A stretch of 64,000 bases of DNA from positions 1 through 64,000 of the forward strand of contig CDMY01000391.1 in assembly GCA_001179505.1 (NCBI GenBank), given 5' to 3'. Numbering within the stretch: position 1 is the stretch's first letter; each line of letters starts with the position of its first letter. Source of the DNA: Vitrella brassicaformis CCMP3155 (lineage: Eukaryota; Protista; Chromerida). The translations under genes were made by a program, and so were the position numbers. Shown here piece after piece: positions 49,279 through 60,879 of this stretch. The notes beneath the pieces were generated by a model. The model saw only the letters and a list, made by a program, of their open reading frames with translations, did no database searches and was not told where the DNA came from.

Positions 49279-51044
49279 TAGCCGCTGCGCCACACCATGC
49301 CGCTCCCACGATGCCGTACTACGCGCACCCGAAGATGGCGAGTAGGGTGGACCCCAGGCAGGGACTACTTTCCGCGGCGACGGCTGCAGCACTGTGGGGC
49401 CAACAGCACCCACACCATCAGTACCACCAGCAGCGACAGCACGAGCAGCTTGGTGGGATGAAGATGCAGGAACCGCACCATCAGCAGCATCAGCAGCATC
49501 CCTTCTCATACATCTTCGTTGGTCGCCGCACCTTCTACCTCCTCAGCCTCACAGACATCCTGCGGCTGAGGGCCACCTGCACGTGGCTCAGGTGTCTCTT
49601 CCGAGCGCCCCAGCTGAGAGTTCGGCTCCGCCACTCTGTCGGCTCACAGGCGGGGCTGCGGCGGCTGGTCAATGGACAGCAGGTGCAGCTGGTGCGGTTC
49701 GACGACGACCACTTCGGCGTGTGTGATCTGCTGGCGGCTGTGTGTGTGATGGAGGAGGGGGACTGGATGGAGATGGGCGAGGTGATTGAGCTGGCGGGGC
49801 AGTGCGGCCACTGTGACCTGCCCGTCATCCTCACAGCCGATGACATTCGCACACACGCCAGCAAGACGGTAAGGCACACACAGAGGGGCGGGAGAGAACA
49901 GAGAGGCCTCATCCCCTCTCTGTCTGTCTGTCTGTGGTGTGGTGTAGGCGTATAGATCGGTAGCTCGTGTGTTGGCGCAGCTGATGGTGGTCGGCCGCCA
50001 CGTGGCCTTCGGTGACGGCAGCTGCCTGCAGATCTTCCGCCATGGCAATGGTGAGGTGCGGGCCATCAGGGACGAGCCCTTCTTCCGGCTGCAGGTCAAC
50101 CCGCCCCTCCCCGCCCACCATCTCTATCAGCAGCATCGACAGCCACACGACCCACCAGTGAACGGCGGCTTCATCTACTCGGACGGATGGGGGCCGACCG
50201 GTCTCCCGTACACCGATGCGTCGGTGTCGTCGTTTGCTAAGGACATGGTCCTCAACCACTTCAGCGAGACTCACCAGACCAATCGCACATCGAGTGACCT
50301 TGACAGGTAACACACTCCAATGGCACCAGTGGGTGAGAGGGGTGCGTGTTTGATTGTGTGTGTGTGTGTGTGTGGTTGGTTCAGGCGTGTTGGTGGCGGC
50401 CGTCTGGATGGCCTCCTCACACAATCGCCCCACACACCGGTGGCCGGATGCACCACCACACTCAGCTACGACGGTGATTTCCGATGGCTGGTGCTCACCG
50501 CCGGCAGCCACAACTTCGTCGCATGGATTTCCATCACCGGATTAGTAAACAACGATGGGAAGGGAGACAGAGAGGCAGCTCTGCTGGTTAAGTGTCGCGT
50601 TCTCTTCTTCCCCTTGTGTGCAGTGGGTGTGCGTGTCGAGACCACTGAGGCGCCTGTGTGTGCGAGTGGTCCCTTCAAAGACCGCTTCCCTCTCACCACT
50701 CAGCTGGCCCGTGTGGCGCTGGGAGCGGTGGCGCCATACGTCTTCGACGGACAAGTACAGCAGCAGCAGCAGCAGCAGGATGACGACAACGGTACGGACA
50801 CACACATGGATGGATGGATGGATGGATGACGTGCCTTCCCTCTCTGTGTGTGTGGTCTGCAGATTCCGAGGATGGTGCTGATGAGGGTGATACGAATGAC
50901 GGCAGCGGAGAAGGCGACGGAGGTACACAGCCACACGCACCACAGAGGACCTCACATTGGCCTGAATGACTTTCATTTGTGTGTGTGTGTCCTGTGCACT
51001 CGACAGGCGAGGGTGGCGTAGCTGAGGCGGAGAGCGGCAACTGA
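49275..51044 (+). CDS. Family member C, apparently intact; ATG overlaps the BSD stop
   Basis: HPFSYIFVGRRTFYLLSLTDILRLRATCTWLR and all downstream family exons in frame; TGA at 51042-51044. Confidence 0.75.
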
Positions 51045-51771
51045 TCCATCCGTCAATACTGGTGAGCTCGCAGCGATTCACTTAGGCCATGTGGCTGATG
51101 TTGCCCTGATGAGTGTGCGTCTGTGTGTGTCATCAGGAGGGTGTTGGTTGCGTGCCGGCTGTCGTCATCTCTGCAGGCGATCCATGTGTGTGCACGATGG
51201 ATGAATCGCATATCGCTCACTCTGCAGACATACAGACCAGCTGCTGATATGTGACCGAATGGCAGCTGTGTGGGTGTTGTGCTGAAGAGTTCCATGCCTC
51301 TCTGATGCATGCGTTGCATGAATGAATCGGCCCGTGCGTCCCTATTCTGTATGCGCAGCCCTTTGCGCAGCGACGCTCGCGATAGTGGCGGGGCCGGGAG
51401 AGGGAGAGGGAGAGATGGACGGCCAGCGCCAGGTGCGGGGCGACCAAGGGGAGAGCGGAGAGCGACAGACAGACAGACAGACAGACAGATCAATCCATGA
51501 GGATGTATGATCCGGGAGCAGCCAAAGCGGGGACACGCAATTGTACAGAGCGATGAATGTCATGTGCACACGCATTCAGTTCTTCACGGCAAGCACAGCG
51601 ATAACAATTGAAGTCCGCACGCACCACCGTCCGACAGGAAGACAGCCCTCGCTGCCGATCAATCATGCGCACCGGCCGGAAAATTGATGGAAAACTACGA
51701 GCGGCTGACCTTTCTCAGCTCCACCAAGGAAACATACACAAATTGCGCCACCAGCCGGTGCGCTGACGTAT

Positions 51772-54700
51772 CTATCGCATCACATGCACTGCACTAGCGC
51801 TATCAAAATTGTCACATCCATGTGGAATCGGATCACATATCTTCATCCACTTGATCGACTTCAGCAGCTCCAGCCGTCCCCTGTGTCTCATCGACTTCTC
51901 CTCTGCACCACACAACACCGCACCACGCAAACCAACAGGGAGACAGACATTGGGACGTGATCCGATCGTTGTCATCATGAAATGCGGCTGTTTGTTTGTC
52001 TGTTTGTCACCTTCTCTGTCCATCTCATTCTCGACTGTGTCAGACAGCAACCGGCTTGACGGCGGCAAGCAATCGTCGCGTCTCTTTTTCCTGCCCCTCC
52101 CTCTGTTGGCCATCTTGGCTGCAATGCCTCGTCCAGCAGGTGCGTCCATTAGAGCGTCCACCTGTTGCTGGCTGTCCTCTTTATCAGAGCGCAATGGCGC
52201 CAGAATGGCCCCCAAACGCTGCGAGGCACCACAAGTAGATAGACACAGACAGACAGACACACAGACACACAGACAAACAGTGTCAGACACGACACGTTTG
52301 TTTATGTCTTGCGTGTCTGGTGATCTGATTCCTCCCGTCTGGTGCCCCACCTTTCTCTTGCTGTATCTGATGTCTCGGCGGCCCATGCCCACACGCCGCT
52401 GAGGCACGCCACGCGGCACAAATGTATCGAGAAGATGCACCAGCTTGGACATAGAAAAACTGTCGGTTTGCAGCGCGCTCTGGAGATTCCCTGCAAATGC
52501 CAACCAAAATACACACCACACGGATTCGGCGGTGGTCCGTCTGTCTGTTCTGTGTGGGATTGGGCTGACTATTAAAGTTCTTGTCTGCTTCCCACCCACC
52601 GCAAAGAGCGATCCAGGTGGCGGCTTTGCCGACTTGGCATGGCACGGTCATCGCGATGCCGCCTGGAAGCCGGAGCTTTCCTTGTTTGTGCAGACGGCCA
52701 AGAGTGTGCGACGACCGAGCGCCGTGCTCGTCGTCCCAGAGGAAGAAGTGATAGAATTCATGCTCGTGAGAAGGAATGTAGCAGCTCTGCACGCACACAT
52801 TATGCAGACGGCTGTCTGAAAGAGAGACCAGTGCTGTGCAAAGAGGTGATCCAGGAGGGACACGAAAACCTGCAGCACGTCACAGAGAGAAATAAGTGAG
52901 TGATTGACTGAGACACCCCTTACGCCTCTCACCATACCTGCCCGGGTATGTGTTGTGGCAGCCTCTGTCTGTGGGTGGTCTTGTGGGCTGCCACCAGTGT
53001 GTTGAATATTAACTTCATCTTCCCGCCGTTCTTCGTGATGTCTCGCACCAATCTGTCAGCAGCATGTCTCTTGTTCTCTTCGACCACTGATCGATCGTCA
53101 CACATACGAGGTGAGAGTGCGCATCCGTGTCGGCTTACATGTTCCTTCTGACATTTGCCACTTCGTGCGCTTCCCTGGCTTCATGCGATAAGGCTCCAGA
53201 GGCCTGGGAAAGCACACCGTAAAGTACCTGCCTTTGTCTCGGCCTCACCCATTTCCCTTTGCCTTCTCACGTGATGGTCTTGCCGTTGAGCATGTCGATT
53301 AGCACCTCATGCGTCTCGCTGCTGCTCTGACCAAGAAGCGCCTGCTTTCTTTTCAAAGACTCCCAATACCGCCCCAGCTGGCCGTTCCTGTGCATCTGCT
53401 GCACGTAGCTGGCCAGGTGCATAGTAGTGGCGAGACACGGCGGACTGCCAGCCATGCCGAAAGCTGCGAGTATCAGCGAGTGCTTGGATTTCCTGTAGCC
53501 GAGCTTCCATGCCCGTGAGTCGAGATAGTTGGCCTCTGTCGCCTGAACTTACACACCTCAATGAGTGCACAAATTGTGTCGTCGATGGCTGCACTACATG
53601 CCCACCAGGGTGAGATAGTTCGTGAGGACCATGTCTTTTACATCTTCAAGCTCGCCGTTCTGGTTACATTCGCTATTGAGATGGTGGACAATGTACGTCA
53701 GCGGCGTGAATACTCCCACCGTCACAGTGCCGCTCTCTAATAAGAAACGGGTGCCTCTCTGGTGTTCGAGCCTAGCGAAAGCCAGGGTGATGTCCGAAGC
53801 TATAATGTACCTGCCGTGAGCCACCGCTTGCACCAGCCACCACAGCAAGTGCCTTTTCACGACCACACTGACCGCCAGCCACTGTCTCCACCGCTCTGGG
53901 CTGAGCTGTGTGAAAATCTTGAACAACTGCATGTTCCCAGCCCACTCGCTGCTGCTCTTCTCCCAGAGGTCCTGTGCCGCGACAGCGTTCTCCCGTATGA
54001 TAAGATAGCCATTGTCGTTCGTGCCTCTTGTGTCTCGAGGGACTGAAAAAGGGATCGCATCGTAGTCAGCATTGCGTTGAATGTCTCCGCCGACATCTGA
54101 TACGCATACCCTACATGCAGAATACAAAGAAAGGAACAATGCCCTATGTGATCATCCATGGTGTCCTTGTCCTTGCACATACCTGTCTCGGCGAGGTATC
54201 TGAGGCACCTCTCTCCCTCTTGCTCGACCACATGCACCATCAGAGTGAGTCTGCCTGTGGACATTCACTATCGTGTCTGCTGTCAGTATTCGCTGCCCTG
54301 TCTCGCCATACGGCCCTTCGAGAGCCACTCGCAAAACAGCACTGCTGTCAGCAGCAATCGCCGAGCCGAGGAAGCTCAGCCCGTTAAAGTTCAGCCGAGA
54401 GAGGTACTTGACGTCGGGCACCCATTGCAGCATGATCTGGACCATTGCTGTGTGGCCCTCCGAGGCGGCAATGTGCAGCACTGTCTGCAGGCGAAGAGAA
54501 ACGATGATGGAGACATGAGGGGGTTATTGGATTCGTAGTATATTGCCTTCTCCATCTCTTTGTCCGAACATGATTTTGAGGAGGTCAGTCCTGGCGCCGA
54601 AAAAAAGCATAGCCTGGAGCACCCCGACATCCTCGTTCTTCGCTGCAAGGTGCACTGGAGTCCATAGCCGCTCAAGCGACATCTGACGGAAGACTCGTCT

Positions 54701-56960
54701 CCTATATATTTGGTCCCATGAAATGGCTCCCTCGGCCGCCGCTGCAGCAGTGGTGTTGCCGTCTCCAAGGTCCCAGAACGAAGTGACAATGTCATAGTGC
54801 CTGCAGCAAGCCGGGAGAAAATGGAAATGGCTGTGTGAGTGAATACTGCTAATGTACTTGCGGTGCTTTGCGATGTATGCCCTGTCCATCAGGAAGCCCA
54901 TAATGAGCTACGCCATCTCGCCATTGCCATTTTCCGCAAGCACATGGAGCGACGATGTGTGGAGGTTCTTTCCCTCGCCCGGATGGAGGTCAGCCTGCAT
55001 AACGATCTCGTCGTTGTGGAGTGCATACTTCCTTGTGATGGCGTCATCCAGGTTGGCGCCCATCTCGAACATTTCTCTCACAAGATTCACACTGCCGCCC
55101 CGGATGGCATACCTGCAGACAAAAGGGAGGGACAAACACGGAGCACAGTGTGTAATGCGCACGCACGTGTCCCCTGCTTTTGGACGCCTACATGAGCGGG
55201 GTATACTCATCATGTGCATCGTGAATCGAAGCCCCGAATGCTGTCAGAAAGATGCCCTTGGGTGTGTTGAGCCACTCGCGCAGATCCTTTTCCATTTGTT
55301 CGGTCTTTTCGCTGAGGATGTTATGCGCCACGTTGTAATGGCCGTTCGATGCAGCATGGCACAACGGGAAATATAGCGGGTCGATGTTGAAATCAGCGCG
55401 CGCATTTGCCCTGTTGACGAGCATCTTGAATATTCTGAGACGGCCGTGTTGGGCTGCCAGAGACATGGCCGAGGTGAGTGCAGTGTCGTCGGTCTTTGTA
55501 GGGTCGGCGCCAAGAGACAAAAGGGAAATCACGACTGCATAGAGAAACGCACATGAGGGTGAGCACTCCTTAAAGATGACACATACAGAGTGTACCTTTC
55601 TCGTGTCCATTCATTGTTGCCAGCATGAGGGGACTGAAACCATTGACGCCGGGGAAGTCAACAATCCGCTCGAACTCTCCCGCGCTGCACAGACCACACA
55701 CGAAACTGGCTCCTGTTGCGTGCTCTTTCCTCTGGTCTTTCTTATAGAAATCTCCGTTTCGCTTGGAAGAGCATCCATTCCAGTAGCCTCAGAAGCCCGC
55801 TGCGTGCTGCGAAATGGACCGGAGCCTCAAAGTACTCGATGGCAATCGCCTCCTTTCTTCCATAGAAAGAGTTGACGGCCTTCGACTTGATCCACTCCAG
55901 GTCAAGCCGGAAGACATCGTCTGTCACGATTTCATCCACAAGAAAGACGAGAGGGTAAATGTAGTCTCGTTTCATGTCGGTTCACTCGCCTACCTACCAA
56001 TTGCGGTCAGACGTTCCTTCAACAGGGGCCACTGTTTGTCCCTGTTGCCGCCCAAACCATACGAGAGGCGTATCTCCCTGTGAATGACGATCACGGCCGC
56101 CTCGCGACACACGAGTTTGTTCCCGCTCTTGAGCCTTCTGCGCGCGTCATCGGACTGTTTTGTTGATGGAAGGACCATGTCGTAGATGAGTTGTTCACAC
56201 TGCTCTGAGAGAAACAAAGGGAGGATCTTCATCACGTGTTGGTGTTAAGTAAATGATGGGTGTGTCTAGAAAGACCTTCTTGACTGATTCCTTTCATATG
56301 CCCAATTTCTTGGACCGCTCCGAGGTCCAAGAAATTGGGGACATGGAAGGTCCACCGGCTGAGTTCCTCCCTCCGTGCCTCTGGTGTGTCTGCTGCAGCG
56401 AGAGACGACCAGCTGGGCGGATCGCGCTTGTGTCTCAACTCAGGAATCGTGACTCGTACGTGCAATACAAGCTGAGAGAGACAGACAAAGGAATGAATGA
56501 ATAGTCTCACTGAATGCCGCTCATGCCGCTTGCCTTTCTGTCTTTGACGCCTTTGACCATTTCTTGAACCGCTGTGTTGCAGAAGAGCAGCTCGATTTTG
56601 TGTGAGTTGTCAGAGCCATGCCACGTTGGCTCGAGGCCACCACCCGAGTAGTCATCCACACGATGCAACCTTGTGGCCGTGTGTGAAGTCTCTGTGGCGA
56701 GGAGTGGGATGCAGTTCTATACAAGACAACAACATACACACCAGAGACCAGATGCCATCCACCACCCTTCCATAAATGTCCTTTTTGGTCCGTTCGGCTC
56801 ACTTACGTAGCTGCACCGGATCGTTGTGGCCATAGCGAGGGAATCCCCACCGCACTCCTTGACGCCGGTCCGCATGTTAATGAATCGATCCCAAGTCAGC
56901 CTCACACTGCTTGGAATCGGCGCTTTCTGCCGCAGCAATTCCGACACGCTCTTGCCGTGA
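51772..56960 (-). pseudogene. Ankyrin-repeat protein region with several apparent frame breaks
   Basis: Ankyrin motifs APVHFAARSG, FSPLMLATMNGH, AMSLAAQHG, FPLCHAASNGHYNV, YTPLMYAIRGG, WTPVHLAAKNED, TVLHIAASEGHTAMV. Frame discontinuities near 56870, 55760, 54260 and 53980 were not explained by obvious introns. Confidence 0.65.
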
Positions 56961-57017
56961 GTATTCAGCTGGGAGAAGTAAACACGACACATCGTCAGAA
57001 CGAGGGCACCCATGCCT

Positions 57018-58567
57018 TCAGCTGACCTTCTTGGCGTATATATAGTAAATCTCTTTCTCGATGTCACACTCGTTGGTGCCTCGGCGGACATTAAAGTATC
57101 CCTCGTTTGCAAACTTATGACCCATGCTGTTGCGCACGATCCAATAGGGATTGCTGTGGCCGCCGCCCCACCCCACCAGCACCATCCCATGTCTGCCTGT
57201 AAAGGGCGATATCCTGAAAGCATCAACGAGCCAATAAGAGTAGAGACGACGTGGTGTGGCTGCGCGGCGAGCTGCACCTGCCCCATGCGTAGACGGCGTT
57301 TTTGTCGTAGAGCTGAATCTCGTCCAGACAGTAGGCGAAGTCATAATAAATATCAGACTGCATGACAGCAACACTATAAAAACGGAAGCATCCACAAAAC
57401 ACCACGTTACCAGTCCTGTCTCGACGAATGCGAGCGTTTCAATAGTGACTTACTGTGACGGGCAGACTACCGTAATGCATCAGCTGCAGCTGGATGCACT
57501 TGACCACCTACATGCACAGTCGTGAAAGACAAAGACACACTCGTCTACAGACACATGCACGGCTTCGAAGAGACCACGGGCATGTCTCACTTGCCTCTGC
57601 CCCCGTCAGCCGTCGATCGAGCAATGTGTCTCGCATGGTCGTGTCCGGCATCAAGAACACGCCCGACTGATAATCTGGGTGCCGCCGCCCCTCGGGAATC
57701 TCGTGATAGTCCATTGCCTTCCATGGCCGCGGCAGCCTCGCATCACACTCAGGCACCAGGAACTTGCCATCCGGACTGTACCAAAGCATACATACACAAT
57801 GATGTTGGTCGTCGTCCTTTCTCGTCGTGTTTGACCTTTTGCGCACGTTCTTGATAGAGCGACAGTGGTGGTTGTCATTGACCATCGCGGAGCCATGGAT
57901 GTCGGAGGGCTGCATTGTCACACAGAGAAGACCTGTCTCTGTCAGGCTCATGGAGAGGATGATTGGCGTGACGTTCTTGGCGAGATGATTACCATGCAGC
58001 CTGACATATAGGGCAGGCTAGTGTCAAGAGCCGCCCCGTTCCCGACCAGGTAGTCCAACGCCACGTGGATCTCGCCACCTGTCGTTCGCCAGACACCATC
58101 GATGGGCTTCTTGTCATTCTTTCCCACCTTCGCAAGTGTAGTCCTCAACACACGAGACAAGGTCCTGCGCCGAGAAGGTATGTCGATGTCCGTCCATCAC
58201 AAGGGAAGGGGCGACACCGTGCTCCAGGTCACGCACACAATGCCGATCGGCAAACATGCCTGCTGCTGCGAAAGCGTAACACGCACTGCACTCGCGCTGG
58301 CACAAACAAACAGACAGACAAGGCATGCCTCGAGACACAGCACAGCCTGCTCATCCCACCTGATCTTCGACAAGATAGCTAGGAAAGCATGTGTGCCATT
58401 TGTGTGAGGGCTGTCGAGGGGTCGAACTCATCCGGCACTTTGGCATCATAGTCACAAAAGCGAAGGTCTCTGGCGCCGATCCGCTCAACTTGTGGGTCTC
58501 TCTGTGTCCGAGCGCGATATGACACATCGAGGCCCTGAGCCTCCTGAGTGCGTTTCTTCTCTTCCTG
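57018..58567 (-). CDS. Papain-family (C1A, cathepsin B/C-like) peptidase domain, with a probable +1 frameshift
   Basis: VPDEFD(PRQPSHK)WHTC...EDQ|RECSACYAFAAAG...SAQDLVSC...CEG|GEIHVALDYL..NG...SLPYMSG...GRHGMVLVGWG...YWIVRNSMG...GYFNVRRGTNECDIE. Cys at 58279-58281, His at 57189-57191 and Asn at 57129-57131 are present. Extra base in the G run at 58418-58421. Confidence 0.8.
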
Positions 58568-59454
58568 CAGTGTATTTCATGTGCAAGCTTTTACGAGCCG
58601 GTGTGAGCTAAGCTTGCAAAACCAGCACCGAACGGACGACTAACGACGTGCGTGCGCTGACTCGAAACAGCCTCCGTTTGAAAGGATACGTGTCGGCAGT
58701 GAAGATCTTTGATCAACGTGAGTGTTCGTGATTCCCCTCCTCTCTCTGACGAAGTCGCAGATCAGCAGCCTTGCCCCTTCTCGTCCGCAGCCTCGACGTT
58801 CAGGTATGAAGACACCGGTGCGTGCGTGTGTTGCGTGGTGATCAGGGGGTGGGGAGGGTGCTTGTCATGGAAGCGGGCAGCTCTGGCAGCACGAGAGACA
58901 GGCGAGTACTTCTCTCAGCGATGTGTCGTGCATCCACCTCCCCTCGTACGAGTCTTTCTTCCGGAAGAGCGAGGGCCCAGGCCGACGCCCATCGGGTGTT
59001 CCCTTGCCAACGCCGGGCGGCGGGCAGTTGCCTTGAGCGGGCCGGGACGAACTGGGTTATTCCAGGCGGGCAGCCTGCAGCGAACTCGGATGGGAGAGAG
59101 TCCTCGGACGGGACTGATGGGCTGTGATGGAGAGAGAGAGAGGGAGGGAGCGAGGAAGTAAGTGAGACAAGCCAGGTACGAGAGAGCCAGTGACACGTTT
59201 GATGGGTACATAGCTGTCAGTACAGAGAGAAAGCGAGGCAGCAAGACAGACAGATAGATAGACAGGCGCATGTAGGCAGACAGGCAGGAAGGAGGCATTT
59301 CCTCACCATTTGGCTGAGGGCTTATACGGACCTTGTGCAGTTGATCGTCGACTAGACACAGGGCATGATGGATGGATGGTGTGTGTGGGCGAGAGGCCAT
59401 GCACACTGAATTATGGATGAGAGTCGTTTTGTCATGATGACTGACCGACTGACT

Positions 59455-60647
59455 GAGTGCTTTGGGTTGGACTTGAGGAAAAATTGCCTTGGTGACTGTC
59501 CAGGGAACAGAAATCGACAGATGCCGATTGTGTTGGGCAGGTGGTCCCGACAGAAGAAATCCTCCTGAGAGAAAACAAGCATAGGAAACCGTGCGGGGTC
59601 ATCGATGGATCCGTGAGACGTCTGACTGACCTCGCATGTGTCTTGGTTTCTGCACTTCATGCGTGTGTATGGCAGCTGAATTTGGCCCTCCTTGAAGAAC
59701 ATCTGTTTGCTACTGTTACCTCCCCAGTGGTAGGCAAACCAGCTCTTGGGACTCCGCTCATACGTCACTCCCCTAAATCTCACTTCGTGATAGAATCTGT
59801 GATAGGAAGGCTCAGTTGTGGGCCCATTTATGTGGTCTCCCTGCCGACAGCCATGGCCACTCATCGGAATTTCAAACTCAAGGCGGACTCGTACACCTCT
59901 GCCCACAAACTGGACATAAGAGGCAAAGACATCGTCTGCAGCACTGAACCGCCAGCGCGGCCTCTTTGTCTTGCAGAGGCCGTCCAACTTCTGCTGCAGC
60001 GCTGTTGCCGCCTCCTTGACGATCGGGTTGGTGAGCTGTACGGCTGTCTCGCCATTGACGACATCACCGGCAGCGAGCTGATGGACGTAGGGGATGGTGC
60101 TCTCTGGCTGGAAGCGGAAGAATCTGTGAATGCGGCAGACAGTGCCGGTGCCATTATTCCATTGTTCGTCTTGCTCATCAGTGCACTCGGGATCGAGCAT
60201 CTCGTTGAAGCGAAAGAGCACGAAGGGGTTGAGCTGTCCGTCGCCCTGGCCGTGATGAAGGGAATGCGCGTGGACGATCACATGTATCTCTGCGCCAGTG
60301 AAGCCCTTATGAGTGACCACAGACCCCTTTTGCCGCCTGCAGAGCCTCGCATCAGTGACCCTAAACTGAGTTGGTCGCAGTTCAGGTGTGACGGTGAGGG
60401 GGTTGGCGGCACGTTGCAGGTTGAGATCGTTGATGGCATCGGTTAGCAGCTCCTCAACCTGCCGCTTCTTGCCTTTCTTCCACTGCTGCGACTCCCCGCC
60501 GCCCACGGGGAACCACACCTCCGTGTCCGCTGGGCAGTCGCCGACAGACAGAAAAGACGCGAGATGGTCGATGGGGCGAGAAGGAGTCCCGGAGGCCGTG
60601 GTCACCAGCATAGTTGCAATCAGCAAGGCTGTCAGCAGAAGCTTCAT
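59455..60647 (-). CDS. Secreted protein exon (about 400 aa, uninterrupted) with one or two cystatin-like segments
   Basis: Signal peptide MKLLLTALLIATMLVTTASG. TNPIVKEAATALQQKL...ASYVQFVGRGVRVRLEFEI resembles the cystatin helix plus QxVxG strand. Ends at a GT donor. The cystatin call is weak. Confidence 0.6.
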
Positions 60648-60879
60648 TGTCCAGCAGCAGGATGCCGCCGGGAAAAAAAGCGTTGCTTTGATTCTTGGGG
60701 GCCGGGGCGTCTCGGAAGCGCCCCCAGCCCCACCCCACTTCGTTTCCTTGCTGGGAACAAGCGATTCACTAACTCTGTAGGCTTGCATGCATCCCCACAC
60801 AGACGTATGGCAACACCAACTCGGCACAAAAATACACAAATGTATCAATGACATGTCTCTGTCTGGCTCAGTCAGTCAG

